A DNA stretch of 56,645 bases from Octopus sinensis. Its lineage: Eukaryota. Of this stretch, positions 1-12,523 are shown one piece after another. The stretch spans positions 1-56,645 of the forward strand of contig NW_021829885.1 in assembly GCF_006345805.1 (NCBI RefSeq), written 5' to 3'. The notes under the pieces are model-generated. The model searched no databases. It had not been told where the DNA came from and saw only the letters and a list, made by a program, of their open reading frames with translations. The position numbers were made by a program, and so were the translations under genes. Every line of letters starts with the position of its first letter. Position 1 is the first letter of the stretch.

Positions 1-285
1 GGAAAGTGCTATCTTCTAGCAAATTTGTTGAAAGCTACGTGAATGTGGGGAGGATGGTCCGAGTGAATAAGCCTACTCTAAGAATGCACCTGTAGATTGG
101 GTAAGGAAGGTAAGGAGAGGGCACTTGTTCTAATGGTCAGAGAGACTGTAGTTTTGTAGGTTTTCTACGAGCAGCCATCGAAAGTCTCTCCCGTTTTGGA
201 AAATATTATTTTTTTGTTTTTGATAATTCATTTTATAGCCTTCTGGCGTCTTATACCGTCATTTTTCTTTGTATAAAACCTAAAA

Positions 286-486
286 TTCTTCTTCTTCTTC
301 TTCTTCTTCTTCTTCTTCTTCTTCTTCTTCTTCTTCTTCTTCTTCTTCTTCTTCTTCTTCTTCTTCTTCTTCTTCTTGTCTTCTTCTTCTTCTCTTCTTC
401 TTCTTCTTCTTCTTCTTCTTCTTCTTCTTCTTCTTCTTCTTTCTTTCTCTTCTTCTCTTCTTCTTCTTCTTCTTCTGCTTCTTCTT
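286..486. repeat. (TTC)n microsatellite
   Basis: About 200 bp of near-pure TTC; explains the poly-K/R/E ORF 280..519. Confidence 0.98.
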
Positions 487-491
487 ACTAA

Positions 492-896
492 GGCGGCGAG
501 CTGGCAGAAACGTTAACACGCTGGACGAAATGCTTAGCGGTATTTCGCCTGCTGCTACGTTCTGAGTTCATATTTCGCCGAGGTCGACTTTGCCTTTCAT
601 CCTTTCCGGTTTTATTAAATAAGTACCAGTTACGCACTGGAGTCGATATAATCGACTTAATCCGTTTGTCTGTCCTTGTTTGTCCTCTCTGTGTTTAGCC
701 CCTTGTGGGTAGTAAAGAAATAGGTATTTCGTCTGTCTTTACGTTCTGAGTTCAAATTCCGCCGAGGTCGACTTTACCGTTCATCCTTTCGGGGTCGATA
801 AATTAAGTACCAGTGAAACACTGAGTCGATGTAACCGACTAATCTCCTCCTCACAAATTTTAGGCCTTGTGCCTTTAGTATAAAGGATTATTATTA

Positions 897-959
<63 letters not shown>
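492..959 (+). mobile_element. tRNA-derived SINE, family C (GGCGGCGAGCTGGCAGAA head), with (ATT)n tail
   Basis: A-box-like TGGCAGAAACG and B-box GAGTTCAAATTCC. Central CCTTTCATCCTTTCGGGGTCGATAAATTAAGTACCAG motif occurs twice. (ATT)n at 887-959. Same family recurs at 9040, 15985, 23490, 28095, 30000, 37160, 41205. Confidence 0.9.
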
Positions 960-1896
960 GTTGCTGTAATAGTAGCAGCGACAGTGGAGAATTTATTCAA
1001 TTGAACTTATGAAGGAATAAAATAAAAAGCTAAAAAAAAAAGAACAAAACAAACCAAAGTAATATTTATTAGAGCTTGTGGTGATGAGAACTTAATATTT
1101 AAGAAGTCGATGTAGTACATTAAAAGACAGCAGTACAACTTTATTTATCGTCAATGTACAAGGCGAACGTATTCTAATTACTTCGAGACGACAATGCAGC
1201 TGCCCAACTTTGCATCTCAAGTCACATTATACCAACATTCATTAATATTTATCCACAACGAACAAAGATTAATAGCAGTGAAGATGTGCTAGAAATGTAA
1301 ACGACTATACACACACACACACACACACACATACCATATACATATATATATATATAAATGACATTACAGTATATTATATTTACAACATTTAAAAACCACC
1401 TGTTAGTTGTTCGTTTAGTGGCAATGTCGCTAATAAATGATTTGTGCAATCTCATTTAAGAATCCTAAATTTGAATTTGCAGTGATTTATTTCGATAACA
1501 TGAATCACAAATATCTTACTCAGCTATTTCTCGTATCAAGATTTTAAAATATATTTCTGAGTTTCTATTCCACAGAGCTTAGTATTTGTGCCCTTCCTCT
1601 TTACTCTTTTAAGTAAGAAACTGCTGCTGAGACTTCTAAACAAGTAATTTATTCTGGTTAAGGGCAGATGGTGATAGCAAAACAACAACGGTTTCAGTAT
1701 TCTATTTGTAAAGTGGCCAATTACTCTAGATGTAATTAACTTTGAAAGACACAGTAGTGGACTAGGGCTGCACAAATTCTCATAATTAATAATACATACA
1801 TATATGAATTTTTTGCGTAATAAGATAAAAAACCAAGGCTGTATAGATATTAGAGCATTTATATATATATATATATATAATATTATATATATATAT

Positions 1897-1929
<33 letters not shown>

Positions 1930-1979
1930 CATAGACATATTTGTGTGTGTGTATGATGTATGTACACATGCGCATAAGT

Positions 1980-3890
1980 GCGGTAGAAATCTCTTACATC
2001 CCTGATTGAGTAGACATACTCAAGGTAATACTTAGTACTTTAAGCTGTATGAAGGCACATGGCCTAGTGGTTAGAGTAGCAGACTCGCGGTCGAGGGATC
2101 GCGGGTTCGAATCTCAGACCGGGTAATGTGTGTGTTTATGAGCGGAACACCTAAGCTCCACGCGGCTCCGGCAGAAGGTAATGGTGAACTTCTGCTGACT
2201 CTTTTGCCACAACTTTCTCTCATTCTTTCCTCCTGCATCTTGCAGCTCACCTGCGACGGACCGGCGTCCCGTCCAGGTGGGGAACCTATACGTTAAGGAA
2301 ACCGAGAAACCGGCCTTTATGAGCCAGGCATGGCTCGAGAAGGAACAAACTTTAAGCTGTACATTCAATATTCCAGTTATTAAATTAGGTAATGTCATAT
2401 AGTAGTGGTACATTTCTTTTGGTATTCTTGTATACATCTAGTCTTACCTTGAAGAAATACTAGGGTGAACTGAGCCGTAAGTGTTATTAGTGACATTGGT
2501 CGAGATAATTCTGCAGGTAAGTCAGCTTCAGCGTGTGCCTGTGCATTACCAGTGACGTCATCTCGAGATCACCACGAAGTAAGCGTAAGCGTTGTCACCG
2601 GATGTATTCCGTGACTAGCAGAACCTGAACCTTTTCTTTCCATAGGAAGTGAGAAAGCATGTACTCCACTCTGATGAGAGTACTCTGCATCTTGCTTCGA
2701 GAGTCGCAGCATGGTGTACTTAAGTGCACCACCGTTTTCGGTACATTGGTTGCCTCGAACAGTCGAGATAAGCCAATGGAAAGCGACATAAATTTGTTTG
2801 GAGTGGAATAGCGCGTGTTTGTCCATCAAAGTCTGAATTGTGACTTTTTGGCCATATTACGCCTCTGTCACCCTAGTCAACTGAATAGCTTTTGTCCCTT
2901 TGTGTTTTAGATCATATGCCTTAATTTTGTCAACAAAATCTTCGTGTCTCGTTTTGAAGAAGTTATCGGCGTTCATTGTTAGCGCCTTTCGCAATCGCCT
3001 CTCCTAATTTTCGCACTAGTGTCCTAAACCTTTTTCTTTATAACAGGCTAAACTTATTCTTTTGTAATCGCCTTCCATGGTGCATTCCATCAGTGTTTAT
3101 TAACGATCGGCTCCTTTAACTATCACTTAATCAGTTCTCTAATTCGACGGCGGTAAATCTTTTCACATTGGGAATCTTGCGTTCAGTTATCAGTTGCTGG
3201 TTTTTGCTGAGGAGTTCACTCTGGTTCGATCGTATAGACTACTTATCGGTGAATTATGTAGCCGACCTGTTGAAAGTGTGGTCACTTTGCACTATCTCTG
3301 TCTGTTGTCCTAACAAATACTCTATCTACAAATGATCTGCCTGATCCATAGCAGTTGCTCCATAACTACACTACTATCACATTCAGGAAATTCAGTTGGT
3401 ACCTGTCAGACAGTTGGAACTATCTGAGCGCATTTGAGAGGATTTTACACCCCTTTCCTATCGGTTAACTCCTGATGTGTGTGTCTAAAATGTGATTACA
3501 GTCCTGATAATATTAAAAAGCAGGATGTTCCTTCAGACAATTCTAGATCTGAATAATTCCTGTTGTCCAACAGAATATAGACAACACTAATTTCGCTACT
3601 AAACTCACCATGTTACATACTATCCAATTTCAAGAAGATCACTCGTGTCTCAAGATCCAAACTTTTCCGAAACAACACTCCTAACTTGTCCCCCCTCCCC
3701 CGATCCAGGCCGACTAAGAGATGTGCACAGCTTGTTGTCAAGGATAGACGAAGTAGATTTGGAATGGAAATCAAGGCCTCACTGTTGACTATCATATGTA
3801 TATATAGTAACCTGAGTTCATTGAGCATGTTACCTTGTTCCAAAACCGACTCTATAGCATGTCATTTATATTCCTTCCACTTAATATGGG
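1980..3890 (-). pseudogene. Old, internally deleted relic of a Tx1/L1-clade LINE ORF2 (same family as 18633-22468)
   Basis: Minus-strand peptides GVLFRKSLDLETRVIFL, LSRLFEA, HFLWKEKV and RHTLKLTYLQNYLD match AVLFHKSLDLNVRTIFV, FARLFGT, RFLWKGCV and RHALRLRHLWLYVD of the young copy. DNA matches such as CAACTGTCTGACAGGT are shared. May extend to about 1540 (RVKRKGTNTKLCG vs RLKGLETNTFLSG). Confidence 0.8.
2050..2348 (+). mobile_element. tRNA-derived SINE with 13-bp target-site duplication
   Basis: A box TGGCCTAGTGG (2060-2070) and B box GGTTCGAATC (2104-2113). Central CTGCGACGGACCGGCGTCCCGTCCAGG resembles Meta/V-type SINE domains. TSD ACTTTAAGCTGTA at 2037-2049 and 2349-2361. Confidence 0.9.
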
Positions 3891-4673
3891 TATATTGGTG
3901 AAAAAAGAGAAAGTGAGAGTGGTCACCTACCTTTAACTTGTGGTAAGACGTAATCCTGAATGTTCCAAAATTCTTTTGTTTGCAAAATGACTGAAGCCCT
4001 ATATGTTATTTAGAACTTTTCTGATAGTTTATTTGTAGATAAATTTTGTTGCTTTTATGGGAAGCCCACGAGATAAAAATCTCTGTAATTGATCCTCTGA
4101 TCTCTTTGCTTTTCTTGCCATCTGAGTTTAGTTTCCTCGTTATACTTAGAACTGAAATTTATGAGGGAATGGTTATTTGTGATCAAAAGTTAAGCATGCT
4201 GTTTTCTCCCCTTAGTTGTTGCGCTCGTTGTTGTTTTTTTTCCCTTTAGTTGTGGGTGTTTGTGTGTATTCCCATTGTCGTTTGTTTGTGTTGGCAAGTT
4301 TGGTTGGTTTTGTTGAAGAAGTGGTATTAGTGGCACTAATTAGTATTAGTAGTGATGATATGAGCATGTGACTGAAGAAAGCCACTCCGCCATCCCTTCG
4401 AAAAACTTCTAGTTTCTTGTTTTACAGAGGCTCTGCTTACATATTTTATGGTTTCTCTACTACGGAGCCCTTTTCTCTTGCGCCATTCATCTCGATCTCA
4501 TCACACGATGAGTCAGAAATTTCTGAGGTACATAGTGAAAATGGCATACCGATAAATGCTTGTGTGTGTGTGTATGTGTATCTATGTGGGCGCGCGTGTG
4601 CATGAGTTTGCGCGCGCGTTTGAATGTGCACGTCCATGTATCCGCGTGCGCATGTTTATGTCAGTGTTTTACT

Positions 4674-4720
<47 letters not shown>

Positions 4721-5014
4721 CAAATCTAGAAGATTTTTTATGGTTCTGGTAGTTCATCCTGTTCTTATTGTTGTCATTTCTTGTTTCTGTTGCTGCTTTT
4801 GTAGTTGATGCTGCTTCTCTAACTTTTACGCCTGATCCTGCTGCCGCTGCCGCTGCTGCTGACTCTGATATTGTTTTTATGTGTTGCTACTGCTGTTGTA
4901 GTTGTTGTTTTTGTTATTACTGTTGCTGCTACTGTTGCTGTTGGTGTTGTTTCTGGTTCGGCAGCAGCAATAGCTTTTTTTTTTATTACTCTCTTTACAC
5001 TTTTACTCTTTTAT

Positions 5015-5211
5015 TTGTTTCAGTCATTTGACTGTAGCCATGCTGGAGCACCGCCTTTTGTCGAGCACATCGACCCCAGGACTTATGCTTTGTAAGCCTA
5101 GTACTTATTCTATCGGTTTTTTTTTTATTGCCGAACCGCTAAACACACCAGCATCGCTTGACAAGCGATGTAGCGGGGACAAACATAGACATAGAAACAC
5201 ACACACACACA

Positions 5212-5280
<69 letters not shown>

Positions 5281-5455
5281 TACATACATACGACAGGCTT
5301 CTTTCAGTTTCCGTCTACCAAATCCACTCACAAGGCTTTCGTCGGCCCGAGCTTATAGTAGAAGACACTTGCCCAAGATGCCACGCAGTAGGACTGAACC
5401 TGGAACCATGTAGTTCGTAAGCAAGCTACTTACCACACAGCCACTTCTACGCCTA
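5015..5455 (-). mobile_element. tRNA-derived SINE, family A (full length, internal (CA)n)
   Basis: Minus strand has head TGGCTGTGTGG...GGTTCAGTCC, an internal microsatellite, and tail GGCGGTGCTCCAGCATGGC...GACTGAAACAA. Confidence 0.92.
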
Positions 5456-5660
5456 TACTAGTCTCAAAACCTTTAAATGGTATCTTGGTCGTCTGTCTTC
5501 CTCCACTGCAAACAAATATGTCATTCAACAAGTCAATCCAGAATCGTCTGAATTAAGAGATCCCTCGATTAATTCTCTCCGTGCAACTTGTGTAAAGATT
5601 GTCGTCTCATCCTGGATGTTGATCAAGAAAGCTCTCAACACTAAGAGTATTCTTTCATTC

Positions 5661-6199
5661 TTTTACTTGTTTCAGTCATTTGACTGCGGCCATGCTAGAG
5701 CACAGCCTTTTTGTCGAACAAATCGACCCCAGGACTTTATTCTTTGTAAGCCTAGTACTTATTCCATCGGTCTCTTTTGCCGAACACCTAAGTTACGGGG
5801 ACGTAAACATACCAGCATCGGTTGTCAAGCGATGGTGAAGGGGGGGCAAACACAGACATACAATCATATACGCACACACACACACACACACACAACAACA
5901 CTCACACACACATATATATATATATATATGTGAATAGGGTAAATGTTTTTTAATTTTCCTTTAGTTTCTGAATTACTACTACTTGGCGGTTTGAGTCCTG
6001 GCTGCTCTTTCTAGTGGGTTGAATGGCCTATCGAAGCCGTTCCTCAATTGTTGTTGAACATATATATATATATATACGATGGGCTTCTTTCAGTTTCCGT
6101 CTACCAAAACACTTGTCCAAGGTGCCACGCAGTGAGACGGAACCCAGGACCATGTGGTTGGTAAGCAAGCTACTTACTACACAACCACTCCTGCGCCTA
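5661..6199 (-). mobile_element. SINE family A, interrupted copy
   Basis: Tail at 5661-5860 and head at 6080-6199, separated by microsatellite and unrelated sequence. Confidence 0.85.
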
Positions 6200-6297
6200 A
6201 TATCTTAATTTTTCACACCAATTTCAAAACCTCACTTTCTTTATACGCCAGCTCAGATGTAATGATATGAGGATTAATTCTTCATTTTTAAGAAAGA

Positions 6298-6470
6298 TTG
6301 TGGTAATATACCGATGTCATAGAACTTGTCGTTGGTTCGATTCCCACACCGGGCAGACGCGTTGTGTTTTTTGAGCAAAACACTTCATTTCATGTTGCTC
6401 CAATTCCCCTACTGGTCTGCTTGCATAGCCAGCGGGGTGTCGTCATTCGGAGGCTAAGATGCAAGTCATC
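6298..6470 (+). mobile_element. tRNA-derived SINE family B, 5' part
   Basis: B box GGTTCGATTCC followed by GCGTTGTGTTTTTTGAGCAAAACACTTCATTTCATGTTGCTCCA, shared with 8387, 9778, 22975, 44350, 45800. Confidence 0.75.
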
Positions 6471-7321
6471 GAAGGGTTTTGGCTCAACACAAGCTGCAGG
6501 TATCCTTCTACCTGGGCTAAGGTTGGTCTTTCAACCCTCTGCTTTTCATGCCCTTGCATTGATAGCTTACTGTGTATCGCCTCGTTTCATTCGCTGATGT
6601 GGTGGTGGTCATGGCGGCAGTGGTGATTATGGTGGAGGTGGTGGTGGTGGTGGGGTGCGTTTTAAGCAGTGAAAGAGCTTGCCTGTAATAAATAAATAAA
6701 TAAATAGATAATCAGATGCATACACATATCCAACGAACGGTTTTATTGAGCATTTTCATGTTTTTGAGCCACAATATAAACGCAACTCATATGGTGAGAC
6801 GTGTAGCAACGATTTGAACCTAAATTCTGTAAATCAACATATACACACACACACACAAAACCTTATTCAGAGTTCATATGCGCCGAATAGAGAAGTAAAA
6901 GGTAACTGTTCATGTATTTGTAAAAGTTGAATTCAGTTATGACAAATAAATAATTAGGATTTCAAAAGTGTTAACTGACAAGTCGGTACTGCCACCTACC
7001 GACACTAAAACATAATACATAAGCTTGTATACAGACACACATATGCAGGCAGGCAAGTACGCACACATACACACAGATGCACAGACACACACACATAAAT
7101 ACATACATACATAATATATAATATATATTATATATATATATAATATATATATATATATACATACATACATACATACCCACATGCCTGCACACATACCATC
7201 GTTTCTTATAAGTCACGTATTGAATGAAAACATGTTTTCAATTTCGTTCAGTAATCACTGAGACAAACTCATTGAATTATGTTTCTATACACACTCGCAC
7301 GCACGCACACACACACACACG

Positions 7322-7370
<49 letters not shown>

Positions 7371-7866
7371 ATATTAAATTCAGTTTCGTTTGTTGATCTA
7401 TTTTTCTATTCCCCCGCCTTCCCCCCCCCACTTCTTAATGTTTCTCTTAAGAGAAGAAAAAGAAGCTTTTAAAGAAAAGATTTGTTGAGTTTGTTTGCAA
7501 TGTTTCATTAGGTAGGCCACATTATAAATTGGATTAATATCTCTATCGCAAAAATTACGTCAAATTCGAGAGCTACTGGTTTATAAGTTGAGATTAGACA
7601 TTACTAGAAGCCGTAGAATAGAGGCGGATTTGGCCGTATCTAACTAAACTACCCACGTAAATGAAATGCGGATATAAAGAAAATATGCAACGTATCAATA
7701 AAATGTAAAACAGAAAATAGCAAAAAGAATTCAGGAAAATATAGAAAAATGGACGAAAAATAAAAGAAAGATAAAAGATTGAAGGGGAGAGAATGAGGGA
7801 AAGATAAATAGGTAGAGAGAAACAATAAGTGGAAGCTACAGGCAAGAAGAAAGACAGAATGAGAGG

Positions 7867-7897
<31 letters not shown>

Positions 7898-8386
7898 GGG
7901 GGAGAGAAAGGAAGAGAGTAAAGCAGAAGGAGGAAGGCGGAGATTAGGAAGAGAGTGGGAGAAATACAGTGTAAGTAAAAATGTGTTACAACGTGATGTA
8001 TTACTTTTATCTGGTGTAAATTTCTTGGAGGAAAAAGTAGTTGGAGACAGTGAGAAAACGGGGGGGGGTGGGTGGGGGGTGAATGGGGGGACGGAGTGAG
8101 AGAGAAAGAAAGGAGGAAAATTATATGAGGCGACAATAAAACAAAACCAACACACACACATTTGTATGTATGTGTATGTGTGGTGTGTGTGTGTGTGTGT
8201 ATAGATATATCTATATACATATATACATATATATATATACACACATATTTGTATGTATGTATATATATGTGTATGTATATATATATATATATATTATATA
8301 TATATATATATATACACGCACACATAATACACATACATATACATGCAGACAAAGATGGATACGTGTGTGTGGTGTGTGTGTGTGTC

Positions 8387-8880
8387 GGAGTGTGGCCTAG
8401 TCGTTAGTTTGTTGCACTCACGATCGCTAGATCGCGGCTTCGATCCCCACACCGGGCGGCGCGTTGTGCTTTTGAGCAAAACACTTCATTTCACGTTGCT
8501 TCAGTTCCCTTGTTGGCCCGCACGCAGGCTAAATCGATGCAAAGCGCATTGTGATTAGCGATGTGTAAGAATGCCTGATAGTCTGATCGGTCACCTGATC
8601 TCGATTCACATGGTGTGTGTGAGTGTGTGTGTGTGTGTGTGTTTGTGTGTGTTTGTGCGTGTTTGTGTGTGTTTGTGTGTGTTTGTGTTTGTCCCTCCAC
8701 CATGCTTGGCATGTGATGCTGGTATGTTTACGTCTCCGTAACTTAGCGGTTCGGCAAAAGGGAAGATAGAATAAGTACTAGGCTTACAAAGAATAAGTCT
8801 TGGGGGCGATTCGTTCGACTAAAGACGGTGCTCCAGCATGGACGCAGTCAAACGATTGAAAGAAGTTAAAGAATGAAAGA
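8387..8880 (+). mobile_element. Chimeric SINE: family B head with family A 3' tail
   Basis: Head TGGCCTAGTCGTTAG...GCTTCGATCCC and GAGCAAAACACTTCATTTC. After (TG)n, the family A tail GTAACTTAGCGGTTCGGCAAAAG...GGTGCTCCAGCATGG follows. Confidence 0.85.
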
Positions 8881-9039
8881 AGAAAAGAATACATACATAC
8901 ATGCATACATACACACACACACACATACATACATACATATATACATACATACATACATACATACATACTACATACATACATACATACATACAAAGCCAGC
9001 AGGTAGAATCTTTGGCACACCTGAGTCAAATGCTTCGCG

Positions 9040-9200
9040 GCATTTTCTTTCCGTTGAACGTACAGCGTTCAAATTCCACCGAGGTCGACTTTGCCTTTTA
9101 TTAGTTCGAGGTCGATAAAATAAGTACAACTTGAGCATTGGGATCGCAGTGATCAACAAGCCATTTGCCCCAAATTTCAGGCTTTGTTCCTCTTATAGAA
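9040..9200 (+). mobile_element. SINE family C fragment
   Basis: GTTCAAATTCCACCGAGGTCGACTTTGCCTTT motif. Confidence 0.75.
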
Positions 9201-9269
9201 AGTATATATATGTAGGTATATTGTTCCAAACAGGAAAAATTGAACTCAAAATACGAGGATAATTTCTTT

Positions 9270-9480
9270 CACTTGTTTCAGTCATTTGAATGCGGCCATG
9301 CTGGAGCACCGTCTTTAGTCGAGCAAATCGACGCCAGGACGTATTCTTTGTAAGCCTAGTACTTACTCTATCACTGTCTTCTGCTGAACCGCTAAGTTAC
9401 CGGGAAGTAAACACACCAATATCGGTGTCAAGCGACGGTGGTGGTGGTGATGGTGGTGGGACAAACACAAGAACATAAAT
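9270..9480 (-). mobile_element. SINE family A 3' half
   Basis: GTTTCAGTCATTTGAATGCGGCCATGCTGGAGCACCG... tail. Confidence 0.88.
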
Positions 9481-9569
9481 ACAAACCTATATAAATATAT
9501 GTGTGTGTATGCTTCATATATATATAGATATCTATATATATATAGTTTGTTGCTCACGATTCTCTCTCT

Positions 9570-9765
<196 letters not shown>

Positions 9766-9777
9766 ATACACGACATA

Positions 9778-10070
9778 GTGCACATGGCTCAGTGGTTAGA
9801 GCGTCGAGCTTACGATCGTGGACGTTGTGAGTTCGAATCCCGGATCGGGCTGCGCGTTGTGTTCTTGAGCAAGACACTTTATTTCACGTTGCTCCAGTTC
9901 ACTCAACTGTAGAAATGAGTTGCGATACTGGTGCCTTTCCCTTGGATAACATCGGTGGCGTGGAGAGGGGAGGCCGATATGCATGGGTGACTGTTGTTCT
10001 TCCATAAACAACCTTGCCCGGACTTGTGCCTGGGAGAGTAACTTTCTAGGTGCAATCCCATGGTCTGTGT
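9778..10070 (+). mobile_element. tRNA-derived SINE family B (near full length)
   Basis: A box TGGCTCAGTGG (9785-9795), B box GAGTTCGAATCC (9829-9840), tail ...CTTTCTAGGTGCAATCCCATGGTC. The tail reverse complement recurs at about 27915-27985. Confidence 0.9.
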
Positions 10071-10097
10071 TGTGATCGAAAGGGGTCTCAAATTTAC

Positions 10098-10260
10098 ACG
10101 ACAGGCATCTTTCAGTTTCTGTCTACCAAATCCACTCACAAGGCTTTGGTCGACCCACGCTGTAGTAGAAGACACTTGTCCAAGGTGCCACGCAGTGGGA
10201 CTGAACCCTGACCCGTGAGGTTGGGAAGCAAGCTTCTTACTACACAGCCACTCCAGCACC
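10098..10260 (-). mobile_element. SINE family A head
   Basis: CTTTCAGTTTCTGTCTACCAAATCCACTCACAAGGC...TACTACACAGCCACTCC. Confidence 0.85.
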
Positions 10261-10404
10261 TATATATATTTTTTATCAATATTTAGGAGAAGTAACTGAG
10301 TGACTTAGAGTTCGTGGGTTTCATGCGTTGGCACTTTATCATACTGGTGACTAGTTTGCTAAGTGCCAACACACTTCGAGTCACACTATTACTTCACCTA
10401 AATT

Positions 10405-10436
<32 letters not shown>

Positions 10437-10625
10437 AGTGTAAAAGTAAGAAACTAAGGAAATGAATTAATTCAATGAGATGTGTAGAACATCTAATTCA
10501 TTAGTACGTTTTTAATAACTTTTTATGTTATATTATATTCATAGTATATTATGTTATAGTATAAATAAATTATTAGATTGTCTACTTAGTCTCTCTATTT
10601 AATTTATTGTTTGTAAGTGTATATG

Positions 10626-10659
<34 letters not shown>

Positions 10660-10700
10660 CCATACATACTTGCATACATCTCTCTGTCCTCTCTCCCCCC

Positions 10701-10756
<56 letters not shown>

Positions 10757-10886
10757 CTTCGTTACAATATCATAAATCAGGAGAAGAGCATACCCTATAA
10801 AATATAGACCAGTTGTTTTTTTTTTTGTACGTGTAACGTAAATAGTTTAGAAAAAAAAACCCCATTTGTTTCATATCTGGCGTGAA

Positions 10887-11624
10887 TTAGACATCTCTCA
10901 GTTCCTCTAAACGATAACCGTTCTCTGCAAAGAATGTTTTTTTTTTCATTTTCAAGAACACCGGTGATAGTTCAAGATATATTCCTCTTAAGAAATTATG
11001 GCCGGGTGAGTTGTCTTCCTTTGCTTGATAGCTAGGCTTTCCAATCTTGAAGTAAATTTTCCGAAAATTTAGACAACTCCCCACGGCTTCCGTCTTGGAG
11101 TTCAGGTAGCCTCCTGGCTCATGTGAGTTCATGAGGATTATATATCTTTCTGCCATACGAAATTTACACAGTCTTGTTCCATTGCGATAGGGTCCACAGA
11201 TTTCCAATAATTTCCACTTGATGTTAAAGGGCGTATGATCATCCTTTAGGTGCCATACGTAAGCTGCGAGTGTTGTTGTGTCGTGTCTCTCCGGGACCCT
11301 GTTTTGGCGAATTTTATATTTGGATTCACAAGATCCGACATAAATTTTAGTGTGTGTCTCTGTGTTAACATTGATGTTTCTGATATTTGTACTGCTTCTG
11401 TTTGGGGCTACCTTTACTTGGTACACTGTACCCTCAGTGTTACATCGGCCGTTCACTGGGTATTCATTTCCAATCCTGCATGAACAACCAGCCTCTGTCC
11501 GTGGTTTAGGAGTGCTAAGTAATTTTTTCTTAACATTGAGTGCACATCTGAAAGAGATTCTTATATTATGTCCGTTAAAGATATTTCTATATTTGTGTGA
11601 TCGTGTGAAATGTTTATCAACCAT
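10887..11624 (-). pseudogene. Penelope-like GIY-YIG endonuclease region
   Basis: ORF 10887..11624 has DKHF, a CSCR..GRC Cys linker, TVYQVKV...KIYVGSC (GIY-YIG-like), LAAYVWHLK and IKWKLL. Confidence 0.88.
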
Positions 11625-12079
11625 TTCCTTATCTCTTACCTACGCATGTCCGGACGTTTAGGGAGAAGTGGGGAGCGAACCTTAAGGTCTTGCGGTGGCG
11701 TTTCCTTTTATGGCTACTCAATCATGGTATATATATATATATATGTTATATTCTCTTTGAACACGCTGGCCGCTAGACCCCCATTGTAAGCGGGAGCCGC
11801 TGCGTCGAAACTATCTTTATTTGAAGATAAGATCGAAATCAGTTTACTATACGTTTTATTAGGTTTTTGAACACTATGGATGGGTGGCAGGAGGCTTTAT
11901 TAATGCACGATAGCCTATCATTCGGTTTGGTCCGTAGATGCTACTATTTAGATCAAGCGTGACATCCAAGAAGCTCACCACGGTAAAGTTAGTGATTTTT
12001 AGGCGAGGGCCGTTGAGGGTATGTATGATGTCTTTTCTAAGCCTATCTAAAGTATGATCCTTAGCGCCTCTGGAGATGG

Positions 12080-12523
12080 CTAAGGCATAATCTCTATAGA
12101 AGCCAAAGTAGACAGAGGGGATTTATTGCCCAGGGTATCCAGAATGTAAAATCCTGTAAGGTCGCAAATATCAGCGCTGTCGTATGCCTCCGTCGCGACG
12201 TCGAATGAGCCTTCAGGGTCAGTTCGTTCGACCCAGGTTGAATCCTGGTTGAACAGCAGTGTTTTCCTAGCGTGCATAATTATATCCATTTCTCTATCAC
12301 TTATGTCGGTAATTTGTCTAGCATATACTAACGCCCTATCAAGTAACATTTTCGACATCGATAGATAAAAGTCTACTATATCGAATTGTATGAACTTAGC
12401 TCTAAAAGTGTTTCGTTTGGTCTCAAACAAATGTAACACCTCGATTGTGTTACACCATAAAGAGAGATTAGATGCCTTCCTTATGTCTTTATTAACCCTT
12501 CTCAGGATGTGTTTACTCACCAA
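12080..12523 (-). pseudogene. Penelope-like reverse transcriptase fragment
   Basis: ORF 12080..12523 contains FIQFDIVDFY and FDVA..YD.A.IC.L.G.YIL motifs; frameshifted before the YRDD motif. Confidence 0.92.

Noticed and set aside
2050-2125. tRNA gene calls for SINE heads (also 9778-9850, 8387-8460)
   Set aside because: A and B boxes are present but there is no complete cloverleaf or acceptor stem, and each continues into a SINE body and tail
2671-2700. CTGATGA followed by GAG-TA-CTC as a hammerhead
   Set aside because: No GAAA after the stem; lies within the LINE relic
6975-7011. CTGACAA plus perfect 7-bp hairpin GTCGGTA/TACCGAC as a hammerhead
   Set aside because: G8 and GAAA are both missing and no stem I or III can be built; at most a very old fossil
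8060-8090. G-quadruplex-capable G runs
   Set aside because: Within purine-rich simple sequence; nothing suggests function
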